This document shows, piece after piece, positions 1-17,761 of a DNA stretch of 60,794 bases. The DNA comes from Macrostomum lignano. Its lineage: Eukaryota. The DNA lies in assembly GCA_002269645.1 (NCBI GenBank), contig NIVC01004096.1, forward strand, positions 1 to 60,794. Direction: 5' to 3'. The translations under genes and the position numbers were made by a program. The notes below the pieces were generated by a model. The model did no database searches and had not been told where the DNA came from. It saw nothing but the letters and a program-made list of their open reading frames with translations. Positions within the stretch are counted from its first letter, which is position 1. Each line of letters opens with the position of its first letter.

Positions 1-1140
1 TGAGTCATCGAGTCTACTTTATCCGGCCCTACTACCCATACTTACTATTTAAGAAGCAATACAATTATTTTTAGCAACACAAACTAGCAGTCCTAGTGCC
101 TGCGGCGACAACTGCCTGCGGCGACAACTGCCTGCGGCGACAACTGCTTTTAAGTTAATAACTATGTGAACCAATGTACTGTAGTAGTTGCAAATATAAG
201 CTTCTGTCTATGCAGAATTTCGCATGTGCTGTTAAATAGAAAATATATAATAACATACTTTTGAATTCATTACATCATCGATCAGTTTACCAAGCAATAT
301 TTAGTACTATACAGATCCTTCGTTGGATTAGTTCTCTTCGCGCAAAAGGTAACAGAGCAGGTTAAGGCCTAACTTGTACTATGCTGTACCAACTCTCCCC
401 TGAGCGTGCGATTCTCGGTCGATACAGGCAGAAGAAGCCATGCGGACCATCAATCAGCCAGTAGGGTCCCAAATGTTGTTGGCTTTTAACAAAATGAGCT
501 TGAAACCATTAGCTAGCTACAGAGTTGAAGAAAAGCTAAACTTTGACTGACTGATTTTGACTTGTTCACCAGGCTCAACAAGGATTCACTCGCTGACAGT
601 CAGTGAACTGAAGGCGATCGTGGCGTCTGAGGTAATTGGGTATGCAAAATTGATTACCCCAGATAGATGCCTCGGGAGGGCCTGTGTGTGGCTAGCAGAG
701 ACAGAAAAGTGAAAACGCAATGAAGACGGAGTTAATTTCCTAAAAGAAAATGCGAATTCGAGCATATGCAGGCTTCTGTGAGCAGCCATTAGCTGCTGCT
801 GGCTCAGCTCGCCGTCTCTATGTTGCACTTTTTCTTATTCAGTATGCATGTAACACTCAATTTAATGCTCATAAAAGTTAAATGTGAGCTTTAAACTTTT
901 CGAGAGAATTTGCTTTAGCGATTATTTATTAATATCGTTGAAACATTAGCTAGAATAAACAAGCGGCAATTAAATTAGGAAAATTGGGCTATGAATAAAA
1001 AATAATATTTTACTCTCCAAGCATGAGAAAATAGCGACGAAAAAGCTGTTTAGAGTATTTTTAGTAAAGTATAGTTTATGAAAAATCTAAGTGCATGAAA
1101 TTGTTAATAAGTGGTGTTAATTCCTTGATGTCAGCATAAT

Positions 1141-1860
1141 CCAGCCAATCAAAATGCAAGCAATAAGAATTCAGCCAACTTCAACCAATCAAAATCCATC
1201 AAAATTCAACCAATCAGAACCCAGCCAATCAAAATGCAACCAGTCAGAATCCAGGCAATCAAAATGCAACCAATCAGAATCTAGCTAATCAAAATGCAAC
1301 CAATCAGAATCTAGCTAATCAAAATGCAACCAATCAGAATCTAGCTAATCAAAATGCAACCAATCAGGATCTAGCTAATCAAAATGCAACCAATCAGAAT
1401 CTAGCTAATCAAAATGCAACCAATCAGAATCTAGCTAATCAAAATGCAACCAATCAGAATCTAGCTAATCAAAATGCAACCAATCAGAATCTAGCTAATC
1501 AAAATGCAACCAATCAGAATCCAGGCAATCAAAATGCAACCAATCAGAATCTAGCTAATCAAAATGCAACCAATCAGAATCTAGCTAATCAAAATGCAAC
1601 CAATCAGAATCCAGGCAATCAAAATGCAACCAATCAGAATCCAGGCAATCAAAATGCAACCAATCAGAATTCAGCCAATCAAAATGCAACCAATCAGAAT
1701 CCAGGCAATCAAAATGCAACCAATCAGAATTCAGCCAATCAAAATGCAACCAATCAGAATCTAGCCAATCAAAATGCAACCAATCAGAATCTAGCCAATC
1801 AAAATGCAACCAATCAGAGTTCAGCCAATCAAAATGCAACAAATCAGAATCCAGACAATC
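1141..1860. repeat. 30-bp minisatellite (AAAATGCAACCAATCAGAATCTAGCTAATC and variants)
   Basis: Tandem units with 30-nt period visible directly; the DWLHFDWLDS ORF is its translation. Confidence 0.95.
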
Positions 1861-2064
1861 AATATTCAGCAACTTTCTTGCTAGAGACACAACAATTTAA
1901 AAGAATAGCATTGGTGCAGCTAAACATCTATTGACAATAAGTCATGTAATTAATACAGTAAATAATCTACTCATGTTAGGAAAGTGCATAAAATGTGACG
2001 TCATTGTAGAGTTGTTAACAGTTTTTTAATCACTGTCTCTGATCAGACTGAGACTCTGAGAACT

Positions 2065-8167
<6,103 letters not shown>

Positions 8168-9228
8168 GTCGGCAGTTGAAGTTGTTTCTTGGAAATCTTT
8201 TTTGTCGTTTTTCTTCTCTTCTTCCTCTTCTTTTTCTTCCACAGAGGCTTCTATTCTTATTTTTATTTGCCAGTCGGCTCTGATTGGCTGGGCAGAACTA
8301 ATGGGATACTCGTATGGGTGAGGAACTGGGGATTTTGGTGAGATCTAAGTGAAAAAGAAAACTTCAGTGGCGTGATTTGGGAATGGGGGAATGGATCAGG
8401 GATTTGATTCAGGGGGAATTCTAGTGAGATAATGCGAAGATAAGGGGGAATTCTATTGGGATCCTGGCAAGGATCAGGGGGGATTTTAGTGAAATACTGG
8501 CGAGGATCAGAAGGAATTCTACTGGGATCATGGCTAAAATCAAGGAGGATTCTAATGGGATCATGGCGAGAATCAGGGGGATTCTAGCGGGATCATTGTC
8601 AGGGTCAGAGGGTATCTATTCGGGAATGTGAAAGAGCAGAGCTACAAACCGAAGCATTCGCTGGTGCTCCAGCCGTTTTTAATTAAGAAAACTTTCTTTT
8701 TCCTGACTCCACTCCGGCCCCAAAAGAAACTGATGATAATAAAAAGGTGAGCCGCCCCACCTAGATCGAGCGCAGCGGGCTGGGAGGAAGCGAATGAAAT
8801 GACCGAGCAGTGAGGAGGAGCTGTCCCAAACTAATTATATTGGACTCAGGAGGTGCAGCGGAGCTGCTCAGCGGGAGAGCAGATGCTGACAGAGAAAAAG
8901 AAAAATTTTCCCAACCAGCTGAGCCATTATTTATTGTGAGAAGTTCTCTTTCAGCTCGCTGGGTCCATACCGCCCGCTGCAGACAAGGCCGGTTGGGGTC
9001 TCAAAAGAGAATCTGCTTTTGAATAATTTACCTGGCCAGAGCCATCATCGGGGGGGGGGCGCCTCGAGATTCGGAATTCTGAGCAAGCTGCTTGGGTCAA
9101 ATAGGAAATCTTTCCCCCAACATTTATGCCGAGCCCAAGGACTTTCGCAATGCCTGAGGTATCAGGAGGATCTGAGTGGGATTTGTAAGGATCTGGCGTT
9201 GGGATGAGGGATAAGATCTGGTTTGGGA

Positions 9229-9655
9229 TCTAGGGTTGGGATGTAATTTGGGATCTAATTTGGGGTCTGGGTTGGGATCTAGGGTTGGGATTTAGTTTGG
9301 GAAATAAGTTGGGATCTGGGTTGGGTGGGAAGAGGGCTGGGATCTGGGTTGGGGGCTGGGATCTGGGTTGGGATCTGGGATCTGGGTTTAGATCTGGGTT
9401 GGGGGCTGGGATCTGGGTTGGGATCTGGGATCTGGGTTTAGATCTGGGTTGGGGGCTGGGATCTGGGTTGAGATCTGGGATCTGGGTTGAGATCTGGGTT
9501 GGGGGCTGGGATCTGGGTTGAGATCTGGGTTGGGGGGCTGGGATCTGTGTTGGGATCCGGGATCTGGGTTGGGATCTGGGTTGGGATCTGGGATCTGGGT
9601 TGAGATCTGGGTTGGGGGCTGGGATCTGGGTTGGGATCTGGGTTGGGATTGGGAT
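9229..9655. repeat. Degenerate GGGATCTGGGTT-type array
   Basis: Direct tandem periodicity. Confidence 0.88.
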
Positions 9656-10252
9656 GGAGTTATCAAGGCAATCTTGAACCGGCACTGTTTCAAGTAGACT
9701 AGTACCTCAAGTAGATGTGAAATTGATATAAAAGCAAAGCGAACGTTGTTTAGGATGCTTTCTATCTTGGCGAAAAGTTGTCTTGTTTCTACAAACATTT
9801 CACACACAAAACTTTCCTAGCCTTCTCTAGTAGAAATTGGCCCCTTCCTTTCCCTGGCGAGTTACAGTTCCAAACTCTGTCCGACTTCCTATTTGCAAAG
9901 TTTCACTTCCTAATCAAGAGGCTCCCTCTCGCCCGGCCGACCCTCTGCATTGCGTCTTGGGACCTCAGTGAGGTCGGAAAGCATACGGTAATTTTATTTA
10001 AGTCTTCAACTTCTTCTTTTCCTGAATTTTATTTGGAAGAAATTTTATGTGGCTGTACGGTAGATCCGATGTTAAAAGAAGTGTGCTAATGCACTTTTGA
10101 GATTATTGTGTGTTTATGCTCAATGAAGTATTGAAATTGGCACTTAAGTTGCTGGCGTGAACGTTGCTATCTGTAGTCAGATTTTCAATGTTTGAATGAG
10201 ATTTAACCTTCAAGAGGTGGATTGATATTCCTATTATAAGAGTTGCTATTAT

Positions 10253-10430
10253 TGGAGTGAGATTTGAAATCTAGAGATGAGATTTGTAATCTGGAGGTGA
10301 GATTTGCAATCCGGAGGTGCTATTTGCAATTTGGAGCTGAGATTTGCAACCTGAAGGCGAGATTTGCATTCTGGAAGTAAGATTCGCGATCTGGAGATGA
10401 GATTTGCAATCTGAAAGTGAGATTTGCAAG
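10253..10430. repeat. Degenerate 20-bp array (GAGATTTGCAATCTGGAGGT)
   Basis: GAGATTTG recurs at 20-nt spacing. Confidence 0.8.
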
Positions 10431-12056
10431 CAAACAAGCGAAAAAGAAATTGGGACCAAAAAAACATGTTGATAAAAGGTTCTATTTTAGCTGCTTCTGT
10501 TTTTGATGAAAAAATTCTTTAGAAAACTTTTGCAATAAAAAATTGCACCTCAATCTATCTGCTGGTTGTTTTTGTCAGATCGAGCAGAAATATCAATTGA
10601 AAATATCAATCAAATTATGGAACTTTCGGAAAATCAGGTTCAGCTCACTATCGCATGACTGAATACCGCTCATGCCGAGTCGGGGTAAAGAACTTTGACG
10701 CAAGGACAAGTCAAAACGGCCATTCTTACACCATTCAGCGTCCCCACTGGCACATTTTTCCAATCTGGCATTACTGCTTTGATTTCATTGAACTAATTAA
10801 AATTTATGACCAAGTTATAGACTCGGCTATTATCCTATATACTAAAAATTCTTATCTGATTGCCAGTTCAACTCCCCTCGCCACGCGTAATCAATGTACA
10901 TCATACTCTCTGCCCAAGTGACCAATCAGTTCACCCACCCTAGCCGCCCAATAGCCGCCCAAAAGTGTGTTAAAATGACCTGAAATGGTGTTAAATTGAT
11001 CGGCGTACTAGGTAAAAATTCTATACAATCTACGTTTGCACCTACTTGTGAACGAATTGCTGATGAAGTACATTGGCCATCAGCACACAACGCTGCGCGT
11101 CAGAGCATGTACGAATGTCCTCAAATTCAAATTTCTGCTGATTCTGCTGAGCGGAATGGTGGAGACTCTCGAGAAATCGGATTTTTCTAGCGCAAATTTG
11201 TCTATGGCCGAAACCCCATTCAGCGCTGTGCGTTCTCTGGAGCATTAGCGATATGGCAAATATAGGTTTCTTAACGGCCTCCAGCTCATTTCTAAGAAAG
11301 TCAAGTGTAGTGTCCTTGTACTTCGGTTGTCAATGGTGCCTACCTTGACTGCATGCTTCCTTAACAACGCCTTCAAAACTATATTGATGTAACCTCAACT
11401 CTCATTCTCGAAACTTGAACTTTACATGAATAAAGCAATACATATCTCAACAATCAACATCCTAGCAGACTACTAATTGGGAAAAATTTGGCTTGAAACA
11501 AAATTCAACTACTTGTTCTATGGTATTACTGTTAGTAGTGAACTTAAAACACAATGTCAAGTATTTTTTCGGCCTGACAGATTTATCTTCTGCAATGTCA
11601 GCCTTGAATTGTCTCGGGCCACCAGATCATGGTATCAGTAGCGTATCAGTAGCCTAATTAGCAGCGATCTAACCTTGGCCCACTCTGCTTAACTTGCAGG
11701 CGCAGCTGCAAACTCGAGACCCTGCTTGCATGTTCTGCGCCGCGCCTTAAAAGAACCTTTTTAACAACCAACAAAATGTTTCAAAATCCCAAGATAGAAT
11801 TAAAAATGAATTGTTTTTTCGCTTCGCCTTTCGCTGGCAAATTGTTGGCAGAATACCGCCAATAAATGGCTCAACCAATCCGGTTTCAGGCAGTGGAAAC
11901 TATTCAACCAGTCCCCAGAACTCAATAAAAGCCAGGGAGTCAGTCCGTTCCCAGCGGCTGCCGCTACTCTCCGAGATTTCAGCTCGACTTAAAAAAAAGA
12001 CTGCCGAAAGCCCTCATTCCAAAGTACAGTTTTGACACCTTTAAGAAGCATCAGCC

Positions 12057-12472
12057 ATGGTCAACCAGACGAAGCTGCTCATCTTTATCATGCTAGTCGT
12101 CGGCCAGCTGGGTAAGTGGATGCTATTGACTTATCATCGCGCTTATAAAATTGATACCTAATTTTTTGTCGAATTGGAATCCTCAGGTCTCAACTCAGCG
12201 GGACCGGTTTCGCGTGAAGGTACGAGTTAATAGCAATTAGCAAAAACTCATAGTCCTTTCAATCGATACCATAATTGATCAATGATGGCGACCTGTTCTC
12301 AAAACCGATGCACACAGTTGCAGACTCTGCTGCTGCTCCGGTAGACGACGTCGACATCGCTTTGTCGGCTGCTGCGGCCAAAATTCGACAACAGTCGCTG
12401 GCTCAGCAGCGGCGCAGAGTCTACGGCAAGCTGATGGAGAGGCTCAGCAAGCGCTTCGTTACGGACTGGTAG
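12057..12472 (+). CDS. Candidate secreted neuropeptide precursor, 78 aa; exons 12057-12111, 12187-12219, 12324-12472
   Basis: GCCATGG Kozak context; hydrophobic signal peptide MVNQTKLLIFIMLVVGQLG; two phase-1 GT-AG introns keep frame; RRR and KR basic sites; AATAAA near 12635. Confidence 0.75.
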
Positions 12473-13229
12473 CAGCACCGATGGGCTGACGATCGAGACA
12501 ATCTAGAATGCAAAAACACGCTGACTTCTGTCCTAACAGCCATGTTTGAGCTTTAGAAATCTACTATCAGCTGTAACTGGTCTGCAGGCTCACCATCGAA
12601 TACTGCTACAGAGTTTTTTGTTCTGTTGTTGAAAAATAAAACAGAGAGTAGTTTACACAGACCATTGTTTGGTCTCCCCCCAACAGCGCAGTGGACGCTT
12701 TTTGGCGCGTGTTCAAACCTGCATTGTCTCGCTTACTTTTTGCTCAACCACCCGTGGCTACGTGTAGGAGTATAGGAACTGCATCTTTGCATTGTATTGC
12801 TGCAGCAATGAGCTACATGTACTGAAAAAATTGAAGAGTTATGCTTTTTCATTCACCCTACTACTGACTAATTCTTAATGAGTACGCGAGCCATCAAATC
12901 TTGGCCAGGACTTCTTTGGTACAAAGTAGCTTGACTATTCGTATTCTTTGGATACAGCTTCTTGACCAACTTTCAACCCGCAATAACCTGCACTCCAGCA
13001 AACCTGGACCACGAATCACTCTTCTCCAGATCCTCATTTTCAGATGCCAGGAGGCGATTGCAGGACGCTGGCCTGCTGCGCGCAGCCTTCACGATCGGCG
13101 GCAAGAGAGTCTGCAATGCGGCACTGCATCACCAAGACGGTTCGGTCTGTCCAAGCGACCTGTTGCGCTGTTAGTGACTCCAGCTGACAGGCCGCACTGC
13201 CCGCAGCCGGTGCAGAACGCGCGGTTGTG

Positions 13230-13565
13230 GACGCTGCAGGCCAGGTTCAGCAGCCTAGGCTCGATTCTTAAATGCAGTCATCACATTAATCTGGGGCTAA
13301 ATTGGAATCTCGGCTTGGCTCTGCTCGTGCAATTAACGCCCTTGAGGGCCAACCCCCAAGGCTCAGTGAAGTGTACATGCCTAACGATAAATAAAGTCAG
13401 GGGCCACTGTACACTCCTGTGTGAGTATATGCCTGCGCGTATGACTGCGTACGTATCCGCGCGCTTGTGTGCCTGCTCAGGGGAGTCGGCGGAATGGGCA
13501 GTAATGCCTCTCGCCGGTTGTGCGACAATGTCGCTTAAAGTGCGACAGGGTGCACACAGTCCCTT
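13230..13565 (+). mobile_element. tRNA-derived SINE, copy 1 (decayed head)
   Basis: About 330 bp aligns by eye to the reverse complement of 42424-42745; GGCTCGATTC B-box-like motif retained. Confidence 0.65.
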
Positions 13566-14691
13566 GACTCTCATAAAAGCCCAACCGAGGCCGAGGACAG
13601 CCGCGGAATCAGCGTTTTGTCAACTGCCTGATGACTGACGCTGGCGTCCCGAATTAGGTGGGCCTGAGAGTGTACATGCGAACAAACTAAATAGTTGGTC
13701 TACATTGAGTGCAAGCGAACGTAAAAATGCAAACGCACAGTCGTAACACTGACTGTCTATATAGTCCGATACTTTATCGAGCAGCCAACTTTTAGTTATG
13801 ACCATATCTACATACCCGGTCTTTCCTCTGGACCTATTAGATTCAAGGATTCCTTAAATAGAGCTGAAAAAGTCTCCGGCCATACAGACAGTCCAAGACT
13901 CCTTCTACTGCATACAGTCGGCAAAAGTAAAGCAATTTTGCCTGTCTAGCTCAGGGAAACACATCGAGCACAGATTTGATTTATCATGCCCCCTTCAAGG
14001 TAATAAAATCAGCCTCCAAGTTGGGCATTACTGACAATCGGACCACTTCTCACAGAGTTTCGTTTGCTTGGGTAAAATCAGCCCCTACCGACTATATTCT
14101 TTTTTAAGGCAAAAAAAATTGCAAAAAAATCGAAAAAAAATATCAGAGTCTCTCATAGCACCATCAAACAAAATTGCTCATTCAATTTATCAACTATTTT
14201 CAGTCCATTTCGATAATTATTTATCATATTTTTCTCCATAGTGGCTGCTTATGGTATTTATTGGAATTTTTTGGTAGATTGGCAATTAAAATTAGCGAAG
14301 CTCAGGAGGACAAAAGATGGCGGCAGTTTTTCGTGCCAAACGCTTTCTGAAATCAATTAAATTTTGAAATCAACGAGCCTTTCAAATAATGAAAAGGCCC
14401 GCCTCAGTTACGCGTAAATTGCGCTTGTTAAAAATGCGCCAGGCGCAACAATTGGAGCTTCCGTAGGGCGTGGCTTGGCCGGCTATTTCTGTCTGTCTCT
14501 CAGGTTAATTGAGCGGGACTAATCTTTTCGGTTAAAATTTATACCTTTTTTGCGATCCAGTTCCCCAAAATTGCAATCCATTTTGCGCGCGGAACTTTCT
14601 GCCTATCCAATATCCCATTATGACCCTGCTTGAGCCATAGACTAATCTCCGAAAACTGCCTCCAAAGTTTGCCCAAGAAGAATTTTCATTT

Positions 14692-14753
14692 AGTGCTTCC
14701 AGCAACAAAGGCAATTAAAACACGAACTTGGCACAGAAACGAAGCAGGCCTCC
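14692..14753 (-). repeat. Terminal repeat B2 (62 bp, identical to B1 at 14986-15047)
   Basis: AGTGCTTCCAGCAAC...GCAGGCCTCC present twice in direct orientation. Confidence 0.95.
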
Positions 14754-14825
14754 GTCAATAAAAAAGTGTTTCGAACTTCAATCTACGAGTATATTTGGCT
14801 TAAAGCAAACTTAACACGAAAAAGA

Positions 14826-15047
14826 AAAAAAATTCACTGCGAGAAGGCAAAGTGAGCCGCCAGTAGAGCGCGACGGGGGTTTAAAAACACCCCTGCCACC
14901 CAAGGGGGGGCAGGCGGCGATGTACAATCAACGCGCTGGGCACTAAAGCCGGTTTGTGCACTTTCGCCGCACAAACCAGTCCATTAGTGCTTCCAGCAAC
15001 AAAGGCAATTAAAACACGAACTTGGCACAGAAACGAAGCAGGCCTCC
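14826..15047 (-). repeat. Internal repeat junction A2 (14826-14985) + B1 (14986-15047)
   Basis: A2 matches A1 apart from homopolymer lengths; B1 matches B2. Confidence 0.95.
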
Positions 15048-15121
15048 AAAGCCAAACACAACGGGGGATAAGAGCAGCAGCTAGGCATTGAGCAAAAAAC
15101 AAATCAGCGGGAAGACCACCG

Positions 15122-16168
15122 TCAAAAATGAGCACTAAGGGCGGAAGAAAAATGCAGAGAGGCCGCAGCAGTGGCAACACCCGAGCGGGGCAAGTAGCGC
15201 TCCACCGCCGAACTCTTCCAGTCGCCGATCCGCTGGATCTCCGCCACCGGCAGGCCCATGCGAGCTGCCCAGGTGGCTCCACCTCGACGCAGGCTGTGAG
15301 CCGAGTAGAGCTTGCCGCCACACCCAGCCCTCTGCAGCTTAGAGTCAAGAAACCGGTCCAAGTCCCGAGCAGCTAGATGGCGCCGCTGTCCATTGCGATC
15401 GATGAAGGACCAGAGTGGCGCCTCGGCCATCGCCAGCTTGTTGACACACAGATGTCGGCGAATCGCCACTACCGGGCAGAGCGCGGGGCAGGCGGGGAAC
15501 TTCGGAAGCAGGACGTGGTGGACTCGATCACGGAACTGAATAGTCTTGCCAAAGTCCACGCTTAAGAGGAGGCCGCAACGGTGAGGTGTCAGATTCTGCA
15601 CCTTCATCCCACTACCCAACTGAGGCGACGATAGAAGGAGTGATGATTTTCGCAGCATTCCCCACCAGGCAGTGATGGTGACCGCCCAGCAGGCCAGTTG
15701 CCGATTGTCGCCCTTGTCAACCAGAGACCAAAGCTTTTGCAGCACCGACGGAGACATTGGTAGCTTCTGGTTGACCTGAAGCCCCAGCGCTCGCTTGCAG
15801 CCCCGCAGCAGATGCTGGGTGAGGGTATGCTTTGTCAGGTCCTGAGCGCCGTTCAGCCGAAACCACAGTGAAAGCGAGCTGACGTGACCGCGAATGCTAC
15901 TGTAGGCTCGCAGGCGCGTGCCCGTGAGGCCAGCCAGGTAGTTTAGCAGCGTGGACACAGTACACCCGGCGGGGTCGAGTCCCTTGGCTGAGCAGTACGC
16001 GCGCCAGGACCGCACGTGTGAGCTGATGGCGCTTTTCGAGCGGGCCGCGTAGGAGGAACCGAGTAGTTCACGGGCTCGGTGGCTGAGGTGGTCTGGCGCA
16101 GTCTGGCGACCTGAAAACGGAGAAAAGCGGATGTGGCAGCAGAAAGCGTGTGCCGGGAAAGCGAGCAA
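15122..16168 (-). CDS. Tyrosine recombinase (YR) ORF of the retrotransposon; probable coding start at splice acceptor 16110
   Basis: GMLRKSSLL (R), FGKT (K), AHSLRRGGAT (HxxR), GDWKS (W), ERYL (Y); N-terminal helical region ARELLGSSYA...WRAYC; overlaps the RH frame; track start is TTG. Confidence 0.93.
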   Translation of the reverse strand: MLAFPAHAFCCHIRFSPFSGRQTAPDHLSHRARELLGSSYAARSKSAISSHVRSWRAYCSAKGLDPAGCTVSTLLNYLAGLTGTRLRAYSSIRGHVSSLSLWFRLNGAQDLTKHTLTQHLLRGCKRALGLQVNQKLPMSPSVLQKLWSLVDKGDNRQLACWAVTITAWWGMLRKSSLLLSSPQLGSGMKVQNLTPHRCGLLLSVDFGKTIQFRDRVHHVLLPKFPACPALCPVVAIRRHLCVNKLAMAEAPLWSFIDRNGQRRHLAARDLDRFLDSKLQRAGCGGKLYSAHSLRRGGATWAARMGLPVAEIQRIGDWKSSAVERYLPRSGVATAAASLHFSSALSAHF

Positions 16169-17761
16169 TTGGTGAGACGCATCAATGAGCCATAAAAGCG
16201 CAGCAAAAAATTCAACAACTGACTGCCCTCGTGCAGCCGAGACGCGGCGTCAGCAAAAATTTGAAACGGCCCTGGCACATGGTAAGCACGCAGCTGAATG
16301 TTCTGACGAATGCAAAGCAGCGCCACCGTCTGCAACAGCCTCAACACCAGAGGGCACTTGGAGACCCCATTGTTGATAATACAGCACGCTGCCATATTAT
16401 CGCAGTAGATGCACAGCCGACAGTTGTGCAGGCGGTCCCGCCACGACAGCAACGCCATCAGAGGTATCGCAGCCTCCTTGTAATTGATAGGCAGATCCCG
16501 AAAACAGCATCCGCGTCGAGATCCCAATTAACGTAGCGCCAGTCACTCACGCCCCCGGCAACCGCAGCACGGCAGCGCCGCCCACCAGGCAGGCGTCCGA
16601 CTCGATCGCGGCATCGAAGTCGCCATTGAACCAGAGAGTCTTCCACCTTTGAGCTAGCAGAGCACACTTCCACCAGCGCAGCTGACTACGCAGGGCCGCA
16701 TCCACCTCATCTTGCTGACCGACGGCCAAATTGTTAGAGCGCGAAATCAGGTCCTGAAGAAAGGGGCGACCGCATTCGATCACCTGCGAAGCCCACACCA
16801 GCCTGCCGATGATCTGCTGTAAACTTTGCTTGCTGATGCGATCCTTGGCAGCAGCATCGTCCAGTTGCTCTAAAAGTTTCTCCACTTTCTCGTCTGAAAG
16901 CCGCTTCAGGCCCTTGACGGTGTCGAGCTCCACACCGAGAAACGTCATCCTTTGCGAAGGCCGCTGACACTTCGTCCAATTCACGGTGAAGCCCAGTCTG
17001 GTCATCAGCGACGTCAACACATTAAAGAAGGCCTCGCACTCGTTTTGCAAACCGCAAAAGGCAAAATCGTCCAGATAGGCCTCAGTATTGACGAAGCCGC
17101 GGTGCACCATCATCAACTTGACCGCCTCGCTGAGATGATAGAAAGCCGTGACGGAAGCAGCAGCACCAAATGGCAGGCGCGTGTCCACCATGTAGGTGTC
17201 GCAAGCATCGCTACCTAGCCGAAACTTCAAACCGGTAAACTTTTGGTCGTCAGGATGGATCCCACATGAACGATAGGCTTCGCTTAGATCGACCTTGCAC
17301 ATAAAGTAATTCTTCTTAAGCCTCTTAGCAAAGTTCTGGACACAGGTGAAACGCAGTCTCTGCTCGCTCTCGTAAGCGGAGTTGACAGACTTCCCTTGCG
17401 GCCGGCTGCAGTCATGGATTAAGCGAACGCCACCGTTGGACTTCGGCAGCGCACCAAGGGCGCTGACTATGCGAGGTTTGTCACCAGCAGCACAGAGACG
17501 ATAACGACCGAGACGAAGCTCATTAGCAATCTGACGCGCAACTCTGTCATGGTGCTTAAAAACCGATGAGTAGTTTGCCACTTCAACCAGCTCGTTGCCA
17601 TGCATCTGACGATTGGTGATGCGAAAGCCACTAGCAACGCCATCAAGGATAAAAGCCATCCGACCGGGCGGGAGATCCAGCTTGGACAACTCCGCCTGCC
17701 ACTGGGCCAGATTGAGATCAGAGGATAAAACAGGAGGAATAAAATTCGCGCTATGATCGAG
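15943..17761 (-). CDS. Reverse transcriptase + RNase H, interrupted by two 1-nt homopolymer shortfalls at 16552-16556 and 16501-16504
   Basis: RLIHDCS, KVDLSEAY, RLPFG, YLDD, TFLGVELDT, ESDAC, PINYKE, YCDN, HVPG...ADAASR. Confidence 0.93.

Noticed and set aside
12901-13638. 245-aa ORF
   Set aside because: Non-ATG start, no recognisable motif, overlaps a SINE copy
14826-14985. Hammerhead or HDV ribozyme in the A repeat
   Set aside because: GAAA is present but there is no CUGANGA core or nested pseudoknot
15122-16168. YR as a prophage or integron integrase
   Set aside because: Embedded with gag, RT/RH and split direct repeats; a DIRS-order retrotransposon
16204-16213. -1 slippery site U UUU UUG linking the RH frame to the YR frame
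   Set aside because: The frame fits, but G at the last heptamer position is disfavoured, no stimulatory structure was identified, and splicing explains the YR start better; kept only as a fallback
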